A stretch of 55,426 nucleotides of DNA, the filler included, from Squatina squatina (lineage: Eukaryota): the NCBI GenBank assembly GCA_031763465.1. It is 3 parts of 3 records of this genome, joined end to end, with 100 filler letters (N's around TTAATTAATTAA, not from the genome) between each part and the next. Parts side by side here need not be neighbours in the genome. Positions count along the whole stretch, not along the records: positions 26,521 to 39,712 come from JARFOE010000100.1; positions 39,813 to 55,426 come from JARFOE010000235.1; 1 more part is not named here. One strand, written 5' to 3'. A program made the position numbers and the translations under genes. The notes beneath the pieces were generated by a model. It saw only the letters and a list, made by a program, of their open reading frames with translations. It was not told where the DNA came from and did not search any database. The first letter of the stretch is position 1. Every line of letters begins with the position of its first letter. Positions 38,646 through 52,619 of the stretch are shown here, one piece after another.

Positions 38646-38806
38646 GTAAGAGCTGAAATAATTATTAGGCTGGATTCTGGCTTTCTGAGCTCTGAACCAA
38701 TTTGTTGTTTACAAAGTGGTCTGTTGAAACTGAATTGCACATAATGTTAAAATCCTATTCCAAATGAAAGCAATGTACATATAAATCTGCAGTCTATAAG
38801 GTTGAA

Positions 38807-38937
38807 GGGTTAATTTTAACCTAACCTGACTGGTGGGAAATTGATGGGATTGGATCCCATTCAATTTTACTTTCTATTGAGCGGCCGATCTAAACCCATC
38901 ACTTTCCCGCCAGGTGGGTTAGGTTAGAGATATCCCC
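38807..38937. mobile_element. Short hairpin MITE
   Basis: Imperfect inverted arms of ~42 bp: gggttaattttaacctaacctgactggtgggaaattgatggg / cccatcactttcccgccaggtgggttaggttagagatatcccc. Confidence 0.7.
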
Positions 38938-39712
38938 AAAATGTCGAAGTTATGACCTGAAGACTCCTCCATAACATGGAAGTTTACAGATATTTTAAGT
39001 CATAAACATAGGCATCCTAATTAGTGCACAAAACAGAGCATTTTTCTTGTGCACCAAAAAGCCCCGCTGACGAGCGCCTATGATGTCAATTGTCAATCAT
39101 AGCTCAGTGGCAGCATATGTTATAAGCTCGCATTTCCAGCAAGTTTCAGTGCAAAAACTTCAAACTGATGGGTGCAGGAAAAAGCTATGTCTACACATGG
39201 ATTTCCAGGAGGAGTTTACAGAATTTGAACAGGAGCAGAAACCCTGACTGATTTTACCTCAACACTGCCTCATCATAGGGCACTGGCGATGTAATGCTAT
39301 AGCAGGTTTATTCCCCTCTTCCAGAGGGACTCCTTCCAAATTTATTCAAATGACCACAACCATGGAAAACTAGCCAGAGTTAGGGGCACATCCTTGTAGC
39401 GTGTGAGTGGCAGGCAAACTCTGCAGGCAGATTTTCACTACCATAGTGACTGAATGGAAAATCTAGATCTCCCTTTTCAAAGAAGATCTTGGGAATTATT
39501 GGTCACATCGATATTGAAAAACTCAGAAATTTATTGTAAAAGAAACTAATGTGTTTGTGGAAATAAAGCTGATAAATTCCAAGGCAATGTGGATCTTAAG
39601 AAAGAAAGGTTGTGCCATAACAAATTTATTGGATTCAGTCATTCAGTTGATTTGATGGATGAGGTTCTGTGTTGACTTTCAGAAAGCATTTAATAGGGTT
39701 ATTGGACATTTG

Positions 39713-39812
39713 NNNNNNNNNNNNNNNNNNNNNNNNNNNNNNNNNNNNNNNNNNNNTTAATTAATTAANNNNNNNNNNNNNNNNNNNNNNNNNNNNNNNN
39801 NNNNNNNNNNNN
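39713..39812. other. Artificial concatenation linker (N-TTAATTAATTAA-N)
   Basis: Same 12-mer at 39757-39768 centred in Ns. Confidence 0.95.
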
Positions 39813-42800
39813 GTGCTTTCAAGAGTGGCTCATCCTGGAGGCAGCGAAAGCCTCGGAGGTGTGTGCAACCCAATGTCTGGCTAAAAGGCAAAAATGAAAA
39901 ATATAAACACTCATACCCACACAGTTTAGTTATCACTAAAATTGGTATTCATTTAATTTTGATGCTATTACAAATCTTAAAATGTTAAGTGGTGATTCAT
40001 GAGAATGATCATGCAATGCCAAGTCAGCCAGTCAAGTAAGAAATGTTAATTGACTTTCATATTAAATGGACATATATAAATAATACTTGCATTTATATAG
40101 TGCTTTATCACATCAAAATGTGTCATGGTGCTTCACACAGTGCATTACAATTGGGGTTTAATGTCTGTTACTCATTTTATTCAATCCTGATTCAAAAGCT
40201 GTAGATAACAGATTAATCACGTGAAACAAAACAAATGGCTTTAGGTTGGTAATAAATTGTTTTGGATTTTCAGATGAAACACAGATTACTATGAAAGTAA
40301 AAATAACTTCTTGGTGATTTTATAAATCTCAAAATATAATTAGATTGCTACAAAAATTAATGCTTTGAAGATTTTATAAATCTTGTAAAATATATATAGT
40401 GTACCACTTATAATTCAAAGTCATTTTTGCATGAAAAAATTTGAGGTATCTAATCATTTGATTTAAGCAAAGTTGCAATTTAGTGCTAAGAATGGAATTA
40501 TCAGATAATGTGAATTAAACTACTTTGAATTAAGAGGAATAGACTGCACTACAAAATTAATGAACATACAGTATTAGTATATTCATTAGATTTAAAGTCG
40601 GTGGCTCCTTGCCAGTATGTCATTTATTTTTCTGATTTGTGAGCTTTGAAAGATTTGCCAAACCTGACCTACTACTACACTGGGCAATAAGCTTACCTAC
40701 TGGGCCATCAGGCAAGCTACAAATGTATTTTAAATNNNNNNNNNNNNNNNNNNNNNNNNNNNNNNNNNNNNNNNNNNNNNNNNNNNNNNNNNNNNNNNNN
40801 NNNNNNNNNNNNNNNNNNNNNNNNNNNNNNNNNNNTATATTCTGTGTATCATAGATTCCCTGCATGTTAAGGGAGCAGAATGCATTTTGATTGATATAGA
40901 CAACTAGATTTTCAGACGGGCCCATATCTCAATGCTGTTGACCACACACAGTGCTTTTTGAAATTCAATCCATGTGTAGAGTTTGTTCTGGCTTGACAAC
41001 TGATTTTTTTTTTGGTTTGTAATAAGAGCTTTCCAAAACACATAATGGAATGAGGGCGGGGGGATTTCATAAAACTCAGCTGCTTTGGCTTAATGTCCAA
41101 CTCAGTAGGCCAAACAGCTATTTGGACATTCTCCAAAACACATGAGGGCGTCCATTCCCACCACAAAGTAATACTAACTTAACTAACAGTCTCTGAATCC
41201 CTTTAATTGCTGAGTACTTCAAGGTTTATTGTATTTATTTCCATTTGGAGCTGTCAAAGCCATGTGGGTGTGGCTAAGGCCGCAGGCTGGAATCTGCCAA
41301 CAACAGTCTCCTAACAGGGAAGAGGGAGACTAACAGCTATAAAGTAAACAACCAACCACCCATTTTACAGGACTGTATCTCAGTTATTAAAAGGGGTCTG
41401 GCAGCCAACTTTTCTTTTGCAAGTTAGAGTTATTTGGGAACAATCTCAAGATTTAAATAAAACTATTGTGCAGCACTAATGCCCTCATGCTTTCCCTCTT
41501 GTGGCTGTGAATTTCCATAGCAGATAATGAAGATATCAGGCAATTCTGGGTGGGACCGGCATTTTACATGAACTGACACTCCCGAATGGCATAATCCTAT
41601 AACATAATACAGTGTGTAGGCTTGAAGCGACATATGTGGATCAAATGAATTGAAAGAAACAGACTCCGAAAAGGGAGCCTTCAGGGCACAAACACTTACC
41701 ACACTTTTTCAGCTCCTTCTCTTGCGAAGATAAACATGCACTATCCACTGAGCAACGAAAGGCCACACAACTAGAAACAGCAACGTCCGTCCTGATGGGC
41801 CAAACAGCCACCTGGCTGTTNNNNNNNNNNNNNNNNNNNNNNNNNNNNNNNNNNNNNNNNNNNNNNNNNNNNNNNNNNNNNNNNNNNNNNNNNNNNNNNN
41901 NNNNNNNNNNNNNNNNNNNNCCACGAATGTTTTGTCACAGGGAGTAGCTGAGACAGAGATATGGCATCTTTTTTAAAAAGTGTAGATAAATATTTACAGC
42001 AGAGGAAGAGACAGCTGGGATATGGGCAGAGAGTAGGGCAATTTTGTTAGTTTTGGGTTGTTCTAAAAAAGAGCCAGCACAGATACAATGGGCTGAATGG
42101 TCTCCTGTGCTCATTTTGTTTCTGTGGACCCTAAGCATGAAAGAGAAGCATTGGTAAGAGCAGCATGGATAGGCATTGTGTCGCTGCATATGGCATCACA
42201 TCATTCAAGGTCTGTGAAAGATTGCAGGCTCATTGAACAACTTTGCTGCAAAATATACAGTGTAAGAAATATATTCCAGAAAAATGTATTTTTAGNNNNN
42301 NNNNNATTCTCATACTTTAAGTATTGCTTTTTCATTTCTTGCTAGGTCTGTTTCCTGCATAGTATCTTATTTGTAAATAAATAAGACTAGCGGCTTAACC
42401 TGAATGCATCGTTCTGACCGTGTGATATTTACTGTTTTATTTGGTGAACACATAAGGGCACGTTGGAAATCCCTTGGTCTCCACTGCACTCTACCATAGC
42501 TAAGGGGCAATTAGTTCCATGTGACGCACAAGGGCACAGATTTCAGTCCATAGGAGTCTTGGACTGCTGTGAACAGTCCAAGGAAAAAGGACTGTTTTTC
42601 CTAGGAAAAAGGCTGAACCTTGACAGGGGACTACATCCACTACAATTGGCAACCTGTTTTTACTACTGCAGTATGGAGAGAGCACTCAATGAGGAAGAAA
42701 ACACTCTTAAAATGTTTACTGCTATGCCTTTCCTTCAGTGTAATTGTGGTGCCAAATAGGCAATGTTGCATCGCCCATGAGAATAAAAAGATATGCAATG

Positions 42801-45459
42801 AGGCAAGAAATTATTACGTAAAAATGCTTTCATAACGTTAGTGGTTTTTCACCTTATGACCAGACGTTTTCAAGCTTGGAGGCTGTAAGCCAGGTGTTTC
42901 CATCTGTAATAAGAAAGTAAAAATATGTATTAACTGTACACACTGATCTCATACCTCAGTGAGCTTCTATTACTACACAAATTAGAAGGGAGCATTCAAT
43001 AGAATGTAATTAGGCTATGTGAGATTTGTGTCACTGGGCTTGTTGACGTAGAACTCAATAATATACCCATGAGAGGATTATGCTGAAAATGAGTGAGTTT
43101 GTGGGAATGAGACTGTCAATGAACAGCTGTATATCTATTCCAATGTTTAGCTTCTGCCCCATCTCATTGCTATATTTTGAGAATTTATAGTGTGTTGTTA
43201 AAAACATCCCTGAAAAACAGATTTTCAAGGCTACTTTTCAATTGCAAGCAAATGGTAAACTTTTTGACCTGTTACTCAATAATTCTGGCTTATCTTTTAG
43301 ATGTAAAAATTTAAATTGAAGGACAGGACTGTATCTGTCCAGTTTATTTCACAAGAATTTTTTTCACTTTATTGAGGAATTAGTCAGGAATGCTATGAAA
43401 TCAGCAGAAGAAATTCAAAAACAATGGTAAATTCAGAGGAAATCAGTGAACATCAATTTTTAGTTTGAACATCATTAAATCTCAAGAAATTAAGTAAGAG
43501 ACCAACAAGACATGTTTAAATTAACTGACAACCCACTTTTATAGACAGTTCCATAAGAGAAAAAGATTAGTTAAGACAAATGTAGGTCCCTTGCAGTCAG
43601 AAACAGGTGAATTGATCATGGGGAACAAGGANNNNNNNNNNNNNNNNNNNNNNNNNNNNNNNNNNNNNNNNNNNNNNNNNNNNNNNNNNNNNNNNNNNNN
43701 NNNNNNNNNNNNNNNNNNNNNNNNNNNNNNNAGGCTTCTCAAAAGAAAATCTAATGCAGAATTAGAGAAATTTATAGACATTGAATAACTCTCAATTCAC
43801 AATGTTCAATGAAACTAAAATTTTGTATTAAAAAAAAATATTATGCTGAATTGGTTAACAAATGAAGCAGTTTGATTTTTACCAAGGACTCATTGCTAAA
43901 CTATCTGTAACGGTGGGTCTGTACCAGTAATCAGCAGCTGCTGCAGTATCTCTCCAACATCAGTGAAACTCAGTGAAGTGTTAGATGAATAGAAACTAGG
44001 AGCTGAAGCAATTTCCTAAAAATCTGATTTCAAGTCAAATTTAAATGCTACAATTCATCATGAATGAATATTAATGGGTAATACACTAGAGGAAATCAGA
44101 TGATATGAACTGTTGAGAGTGAAGCTCAAGCATTTCACAAGCTTCATCTGAACTGTTCAAGATGGGGAGGTTTCTGTATTTCATCTCATACAGTTCTAAA
44201 ATAGCTGGAATTAAAATGGAAGCAGCCTTTCCTCACCAAAATAAACTTGAAGGTCATGCTGTGCTACCCTGATTTGGAACTGCTGATTAGAGGAAGCCTG
44301 GAAGAAGACAATTTATGTGGAACTCCCCTTTTAACCCTCGTGGCAAACCTATGCTGCAGCAGCTACTGCTGACTGTATGCTTTTCAATTTATTTTTCATC
44401 CTTAACAGTTATGTTCAATGGGAAAAAAAAATATTGTAGTACCAATGCAGTTGATGACACAAAACATAATTGTGTCACTAGTCACATTGTTGTGCTCTTC
44501 TCCCAGGACAGCTTAACAGACGAGAACAATCCTTTCATCAACCAACAAGCAGCTCTCTGCTGTCATAATGGCGGTTTCAATAATAGGCCAAGCTTTGCTT
44601 AANNNNNNNNNNNNNNNNNNNNNNNNNNNNNNNNNNNNNNNNNNNNNNNNNNNNNNNNNNNNNNNNNNNNNNNNNNNNNNNNNNNNNNNNNNNNNNNNNN
44701 NNTTATCTAAAGTGGTCTAAGGGTATCTTCCAAGTCAGTTCCCTTGATAGTGTCATCAGTGAATATTATTTAGCACATTAAAAAAATAATATTGGAGGTA
44801 AATGGTAGGATATTAAATTTATGACTATCTTTTGTAATGTATTTAAAAAAGTTAGCAATGTTAATGTTACACAGATATTTCGCCACATGTAATATGAAGG
44901 CTTCCAATTTTCCAGTAAAATCCACCTGTCTAAATTCTTTTCAGTTTCTTTTGAGTTTCCAAAGCTCAGAGAAAGTGCAAGAAAATGTGGATAGCTGGAT
45001 ATTACAGATAAGCTCAGAGGCTCCATTTTAAATAGGGCAAGCTGACATCTCTGGGTACATAAGTCATCTTAGTGCATTTACCCTCATTTCAAACATAACC
45101 GAACTTAAAGGTTACCATTTTATACGTCCTATGGGATCCCAGAAGCCAGGCCTGCTAATGCTACAAGGGCCCAAGGTTGCCTGCTTGTAGTAACTGTAAA
45201 ACTTCAGCATCTTCTCATGGGATGGACGGTAAGAACCTGGTGACACAGAGACAAAGTTAAAATAGTGCATTTTGAACTTTTCTTTCATCTTCTGTTTTCT
45301 TACTCACTGGGCCACTTGTTGCTGCCATTCAGGCAGGAAGGTGGACAATTCAGGCCCAAAGTTTCCAACAACTCTGATCCAGGTTTGCTGAATAAGAGGT
45401 ACACTTTGAGACCTGTCATGTGGATTTTGATACAGGAGGGTCAGTGTCAGCTTGGTTAA

Positions 45460-45706
45460 AAAATTAGCTGAAGGATTGAAGGCAGCACGTCATGGTGGAT
45501 GGCTGTTTTTCAGACTGGAGGATGGTGGACAGTGGTGTTCCCCAAGGGTCAGTGCTGGGACCACTGCTTTTTGTGAGATATGTAAATGACTTGGATATTG
45601 GAATACAGAGTAAAATTTCAAAATTTGCTGATGATACCAAACTTGGAGGTGTGGCAAACAGTGAGGATGATACCAATCGACTGCAACAGGACATAGATAG
45701 GTTAGC
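45460..45706 (+). mobile_element. CR1 LINE RT core fragment
   Basis: SGVPQGSVLGPLLFVRYVNDL..ISKFADDTKLGG. Confidence 0.9.
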
Positions 45707-46063
45707 NNNNNNNNNNNNNNNNNNNNNNNNNNNNNNNNNNNNNNNNNNNNNNNNNNNNNNNNNNNNNNNNNNNNNNNNNNNNNNNNNNNNNNNNNNNNNN
45801 NNNNNNCGAGATACTGTTACTGTGAAGCTTCTGGAGGAGCAGAGCATCTCGGACAGCAACTTCTTGGTATTCATGTTTAACTACGCATGTCCAGTCACCA
45901 GAGGCTGCTCTCCAATATACACTTTAATTATGGGGAGCGCTAATAGCCTCACCGTTGTTTTACCGCAAAACCCGGGCCATTGTACCGGTCTTTTAATTGT
46001 ATTTAAACAATGAAACAAAAGGATTTCAATGATAGTTTATTTTATTCTATTTAATTTCTTTAG

Positions 46064-46276
<213 letters not shown>

Positions 46277-46619
46277 TAAAACATAAATGCCTGCCTGAAA
46301 TTCTTTTTATGTCGGTTATTGCACTCCATAAACATTTATAGTAGATTTTGACATGATATATATTTAAGCCCTAAACAAAAAGAGGACAGCTTAGAATTTA
46401 GAGCTAGCACCATAGTCTACTAATAATTCAAAGTCACCTTTTTTTGCACTTAAAAACATTGACTTATCCAGCAATTTGAAAGAAGCACTTGGAATAACAT
46501 AACAATAAAACAATTGAACTGATCCAGTGATTCTAATGTAAGCAACTTCAAGTTAACAGTGGACTGTATTTCCGAAACTAAATCACACAAATCCATTGCT
46601 ACACACACATTTATTTGAG

Positions 46620-46909
46620 ATGGGGTATATGTTAAAATTATGAGGGGTCTAGATAGAGGGGATAAGAAGCACCTATTTCCCTTTGCAGAGGGGTCAATAA
46701 CCAGGGGACATAGATTTAAAGTAATTGGTAGAAGGATTAGAGGGGAGTTGAGGAGAATTTTTTTTCACCCAGAGGGTGGTAGGGGTCTGGAACTCACTGC
46801 CTGAAAGGATGGTAGAGGCAGAAACCCTCATCGCATTTAAAAAGTACTTGGATACACACTTGAAGTGCCATAACCCACAGGGCTACGGACCAAGAGCTGG
46901 AAAGTGGGA
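46620..46909 (+). mobile_element. CR1 LINE 3' end
   Basis: accaggggacatagatttaaa..tttttcacccagagggtggtaggggtctggaactcactgcctg..ggctacggaccaagagctggaaagtgg. Confidence 0.8.
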
Positions 46910-47009
46910 NNNNNNNNNNNNNNNNNNNNNNNNNNNNNNNNNNNNNNNNNNNNNNNNNNNNNNNNNNNNNNNNNNNNNNNNNNNNNNNNNNNNNNNNNNN
47001 NNNNNNNNN

Positions 47010-47096
47010 CAAGCCTCAGGTGCAGGCACTCTGCAAGCTCTCCTACTTTACTGCAAATGCCTACCAATGGTGTGTCACTATCCGCCCCGATCTCAA
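47010..47096 (+). CDS. Probable ABI Ser/Pro-rich exon, 3' part (5' end in gap)
   Basis: SLRCRHSASSPTLLQMPTNGVSLSAPIS, then a phase-1 gtaaga donor compatible with the next exon; weak similarity to the ABI1 RRTPSV..HVNGG segment. Confidence 0.55.
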
Positions 47097-47201
47097 GTAA
47101 GATTCCTTCATCAATGTGAATTTTAGAATTCCGCAATTTAATCTGATTGATTTGCGCGAATGACTGACAAAGGCTTCTATGTATCTCTACCACTTCCTTA
47201 G

Positions 47202-47291
47202 TCTGCTCCCCAGCACCTATCCTTTCCCCTTTATTGCAGTTTATTCCACAGATGCCCCTGACTGGCTTTGTTGCCCGCTTTCAGGAGAGCA
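47202..47291 (+). CDS. ABI 90-nt exon of ABI1/ABI2 type
   Basis: ttccttag acceptor and gtaagt donor, phase 1-1; CSPAPILSPLLQFIPQMPLTGFVARFQES versus recalled ABI1 PQLTPQIPLTGFVARVQEN. Confidence 0.82.
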
Positions 47292-48365
47292 GTAAGTTTC
47301 GATCTTCTACACTTGCATGCTTGTACATATGGATATACTGGCCTGATTTGAATCTCATATCTTTTTTTAATTGTAAAAATAATTTTTATCAATGTCATAA
47401 AAATAGTATTTTTTTTGTAACAGTGCTATGCTTTTACATTTAATTACTGGTGTGTGCATAAACTAATTGAAAGGTCACCATCCCTGGGCCCACTAGTTAC
47501 TGGGTTCAACCTCAGTTCACACTGTGTTCTTTCAGCCAGCAGAGTAAGAATTATTCCATTCATCAGACTAGGCTGAATTCACATCCAGGCCATATAAGTA
47601 AAAGGACTGTATGATCCACAGTGGAACTTTGTCTCCAATAGTCTTACAGTGTCAGTTGTGGCTTAGTGGGNNNNNNNNNNNNNNNNNNNNNNNNNNNNNN
47701 NNNNNNNNNNNNNNNNNNNNNNNNNNNNNNNNNNNNNNNNNNNNNNNNNNNNNNNNNNNNNNNNNNNNNNTAGCGGGTGGATAATCTGCTCTGCCAGTTT
47801 TCCACCCAAGAGATGAAGGTGAAATAGTCCTTGAGGGGTGACTTGTTGCAAGGCTGTAGATTTTAAATGATTAAGGAAACAAAACGTAAGGTTAATAAAT
47901 GAGAATTATTCTTTCCATATCAAATGGCAGAGGTTCCCACTGTGTGTAATTCTGGAGACATTGCATTGCTGCTAATGATGGTGTGATAATTAGGTTAGAC
48001 AACCTCGCATTTTACAGAGATGTAACATAAAGAAAATAATTATGATAATAAAGCCAAATTTACTGTTACTTGAAGATACAGATCTTTTTGATTTTACATT
48101 CCGAATGCTGGTCTGACAAATGTGAACTATATATTGTGAACCCTTTCACTGCTGTTCATTCACTAAGTTCAGCAACCTAACTGTGACTAATTAAAATACA
48201 TTGGACAGCAACTTTGATAAAACAAATGCTTTAAATTATATATAACTTTCAATGGACATTTCTAGACACTCTGTTTTCAGAACCTGCCCTAAATTACTCT
48301 CCAGAAGCTCGATTTGATGTTTCTGATATTGAAAAATATTTAAGCACAAACAACATCCAATTAAG

Positions 48366-49066
48366 GGCCCGGAATTTGTGGCGGGTAAGAACAGCAATCT
48401 AACAGCGTTCGCTGTTATTGCCTCTTTGAAACTGACTGCAACGTAAGGATATAGCGCGTGCGCATCTAAACATGTAAATCCTGAAGTTGCGGTCAGTCAT
48501 TCACTGCTCCGACACTGGCTGTGCTGTGGCCGCGTTCCTTAGCCAACAATCGATGTAATCGGTGAAATCAATGAAACTGATGACACCTTGGGGTTTTATG
48601 CAGGACTACCACTTTTAAATACCCAATTAAAAGTTAAGCTTTGTTTGTGTAACTGGGTGTTTAACAGCATATTGACTGCTAAACAAATGTTGTGGCCCTG
48701 AAACTCATTTTAATTTTGCGGAGTGTGGAAATTTTTTCAAAGTTTGTTCCTATTTATTTCAGCTTTACCTTTTCCCCATGTCAGAGTCCCCCAATCTTAG
48801 TTTCTCCCTGTAACATATTTAAAAATTCTGAATAAAAGCAGCATCTTTACTTCCTGGTTGGCGGTCTGTGGGAATTCTGCATTGTGACTGTCTGCTTGGA
48901 CATCACAGCAGAGCACTCTATATTACCCATTATATTGCACTGAAATCACATATGTGTCTAAAAAGACAAACTTCTCGCTACAAAGAGCTCGAGATCTTGG
49001 TGGGCAGCTTTCTTCTGGGCCAGCGGTAAATGCCTTTGCTTTGCTGCTGACTGCAAATTCCAGGCC
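48366..49066. mobile_element. Non-autonomous TIR transposon (PIF/Harbinger-like MITE)
   Basis: TIRs ggcccggaatttg / caaattccaggcc (12/13), flanked on both sides by AAG (candidate 3-bp TSD). Confidence 0.7.
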
Positions 49067-49116
49067 AAGGAGCTTTGAAGACCACATGGCCTGTAATTAT
49101 TGGGCTAATGTTGAAG

Positions 49117-50157
49117 CTAATTCTGGGGCAGAAGAGGTGAGAGGTCAGCAGGAATTCCAATCCATTGAGGTAAGAAAGCTGCCTCGTACTTGAATAATTT
49201 TAGAAATTCTGATTCAGGCAAAGTATAGTTAGTGAGGAAAATTGTCTCCCCACCAGCCAGGTAGCCAGCCCAGTAACCAAATGTCCCAATTGTCATTATC
49301 GTGTGATTACAATGAGCAAGGATAGAAAAGTCTTGAGCTACACTGGATTCTTTTGGGTCATCGAAAAAGAAAACATCACCTTTGGAATCATCAATGTTCT
49401 CCTTACACCAATCCATCCCATTACTTGTCACTGCAAAAACAACATCCTTGTATTTATTTCTGAAGTAAGCCATTGCTTTTTCTAAGTATTTCTTATCCGC
49501 TACGACTCCTTTCCAAACATTTGGCATGACATTTACGTAATCTCCTCTTCGGACATGAACACCAACATATGTCACATTCTTTCGCTCTCCCCTGATGCGT
49601 CTAAGGATTACATTTGTCTGTTCTGTAATAAAGTCATGAAAGGTGAACTCACGGAGGATTTCCTCTCGGATGTGATGATAGAAGGTCCAGGAACTTGGGT
49701 ATCCTGTGAGCTTAACATACTCTCCTGGAATACTGCGGTACTGATCGTCCATCCAGTCATGGAGATTATAATATTTCCACTGTATTCTTTCGATCACACT
49801 TTGATGGAGGGTTGGAAGGGAAATTTTGAAGATAGGGGACAGGTAATTGGCCATGGAAGGCAAAATGTATGCTGGATGACCATTCAATTTTGCCAATGCA
49901 TATAATGTTGCATACTCCCCCATCTGGTTGCCAAGTCGCCCAATAGAGTTAATTGTCCAAATTCCTTTTGAAGTAGTCTTCGCCCTTTCATTAAATGTGA
50001 TGGTTATTTTTCGAAGAAATTTGGCAGTTTTGCTACCATATCTTAGCTGATATTGGTACATTATGAAAACTATTGTCATTGAATAGAACACTATTAAGAA
50101 GAACAGTCTTTTCTTGCTTTGCCAAACACAATTTCTGCTCAAAAGTTTCATTTCCAT
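49117..50157 (-). CDS. Galactoside alpha-1,2-fucosyltransferase (GT11; FUT1/FUT2/SEC1 family), complete single coding exon, 346 aa
   Basis: N-terminal type II membrane anchor; [76 protein letters not shown]. Confidence 0.95.
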   Translation of the reverse strand: MEMKLLSRNCVWQSKKRLFFLIVFYSMTIVFIMYQYQLRYGSKTAKFLRKITITFNERAKTTSKGIWTINSIGRLGNQMGEYATLYALAKLNGHPAYILPSMANYLSPIFKISLPTLHQSVIERIQWKYYNLHDWMDDQYRSIPGEYVKLTGYPSSWTFYHHIREEILREFTFHDFITEQTNVILRRIRGERKNVTYVGVHVRRGDYVNVMPNVWKGVVADKKYLEKAMAYFRNKYKDVVFAVTSNGMDWCKENIDDSKGDVFFFDDPKESSVAQDFSILAHCNHTIMTIGTFGYWAGYLAGGETIFLTNYTLPESEFLKLFKYEAAFLPQWIGIPADLSPLLPQN

Positions 50158-52619
50158 AGATTCTTCACGATGTGATTTTAAGATTCTTTTCTCAATTCAG
50201 GTATGAGTTTCTGAAAGTCCAAAAATTGCTCATTACTATAAAATCTATGTTGAATTTCAACAATTCTTCAAAATTTGCTGAAGGATAATTTCTTTTTGAG
50301 AATGCTATTTTTGAGAAATACATCGAACATATTCTTAGTGTAACTGTTTACATAACAAATTGGTACAGACACAGACATGCAGTAATAGGACAGTTGGAGA
50401 ATGACAATGAAACATCGTGATTGGCATCACAGGAAGACATGGAGAGAACCACTGAATTGCTATCCATAACATGTGGCATGCACTGAAACACAGCCTTGCA
50501 GAGTCCCAGATTTGATATATCTCAGCAGACCTCAGCTGTGGCAGTAATAAGAGATCCCATTCAATCAGAATAAATTCAAGGTTTTTGCTCTGTGCTAATA
50601 GGGAACAGGTTTGAGTCTGTTCAGACTCGTTTCACAGAGAACCCTTGTAATCAGCTCTCACTCTATTGAATCGGGATTGTTGGCAAATGTGAGTTTTAAA
50701 GAGGGAGACAGAGCTAATCTGGCTACATATAGGCTAGTTCGTTTAACATCTGAGGTAGGGAAACCTTGAGGGTGCAAAACTTGGATCCATAGTGCCCGTT
50801 TTGTGAGTGCTACGAGTGCCCTTAGAGCTCTAAAATTGTGTCTACGGCACGCACCCTTGTGGGGCAAATCACACTGGATGCAATATTGGTGAGGCCGTTA
50901 GCAGAGCAGGAAGATCATAATGTCAATCAGCGTGCAATGCNNNNNNNNNNNNNNNNNNNNNNNNNNNNNNNNNNNNNNNNNNNNNNNNNNNNNNNNNNNN
51001 NNNNNNNNNNNNNNNNNNNNNNNNNNNNNNNNNNNNNNNNTATGACTTGAATCAACCTCCTTAGAAAAGGGGCATTAGAGGTCACTGTCGTCCTCAGTGT
51101 CTTCCTGAATTGTAAAGTAAAATTGCAGAAGCATAAATTACTGCTCGAGAATGATCACAATTTTTACAATCCTATTTATCTACAGTGATTAGCTTTCATT
51201 CAGCAAAATACGATTCTGTAAAGTTCCAAAGAAAACATTGGTTTTGCAAAACTATACATATATTGGTTTTTGCTAAATGCAATCTACAGCAATTGTTCAC
51301 TTACAGCAATTGTATACTATCTCATCTATTTCTTTCAAATTAAGTTTAAATTGAGTCTCTTTTTACATTGATAATTCCTTCACGTTACATATATAGAGAT
51401 TTTTTTTAAAATCTGTTACAAAGTTAAAAATACAATAAAAAACAACATTTTAAAAGCACCCTCATCCCAGGGATTTATTTTAAAAAATGATCTTCAATAT
51501 ATTAACTGACAAACTATAGACGATGGGTCTGATTTTTAATCACTAGAAGCAATATCTTTTTACAATCGGCTAGCACTGGAAATACATTAAAAAAACAAAA
51601 TCTACAAGTAATATCTAGTTATTTAAGTATGAGCAATACTCTCTGCAGTTCATCCTTTACGCAAGATTAATCTCAGATCCACGAGGTGAAATTCTTCCTG
51701 TTAATTTTAGTAGAAAAAGCACAAGTACAAATAGAATTTTTTGGGTTAAAGTCAGTCGCATTGACTTTTCAGTAAAATTATCAATCGGAGGGATTTCCTC
51801 CCTGAACTTGTTTAATGATTACTGACGAGTGTGTATGAAGTAGACGGGGAGCAGGAGCACAAGTGCAGGATCTAAATGAAGTGAAGACTTTATATAGGTG
51901 GATTCAGTGAAATAAACAGAGCATCTCTACAGTATATTAATAAAAAATTAANNNNNNNNNNGACTGTGGTGATAATACTCTCAAAAAAACTCCATTAGTA
52001 CTAATTGTTCATCTGAAATGTATATTTTTAAATGAGGGTCGAATATTTGTGAAGGCAAAAATTTTGTTCATCCATTCACCAGCAAAGAAGGTATTTTGCT
52101 CTGGGTGCAATCTATTGTAGATTTTATATCCTAATTTCACTTTTTAGTTTTATTTTATTGGGAAGCAGAGAGACAAAATTTGGTAAACGTCTAAACTTCC
52201 ACCTCGAGGACCTGGCTTGTGATTTCTGCCCATACCGACTGTATGAAATAAAACTCGACAATGGCTGCCAATAGGCTGCAGTTAAAGATGAGGAGCTCGA
52301 GCCAATTCAGCTCACGTCTCAAGGGCATGAATCCACATCACTACTGCTCTGAAACTGTGATTCACAAAGGGGATAGAAAATTGATTATTTTGTTATAGGC
52401 ATAGCTACACTGCATGAAATAATATCCAAATAATATTACATTTAAAAAAACATAAAATGCCTAATGAAGAATCATGTCCATTCATTTATCAGTGAAATAA
52501 ATAATTATCTATATTTTTTCCCCCTCTGGTTTCTTCTCTTTCCTTCTCTCATGAATGCATTTGGTCGTGCTAGCATATAGTTGCACAGGCTTGTGCCATC
52601 TGATACATCATCCAAATGG

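Noticed and set aside
41712-41820. Possible exon after tttttcag (one open frame, SFSCEDKHALSTEQ...)
   Set aside because: No recognisable homology, and it is truncated by a gap.
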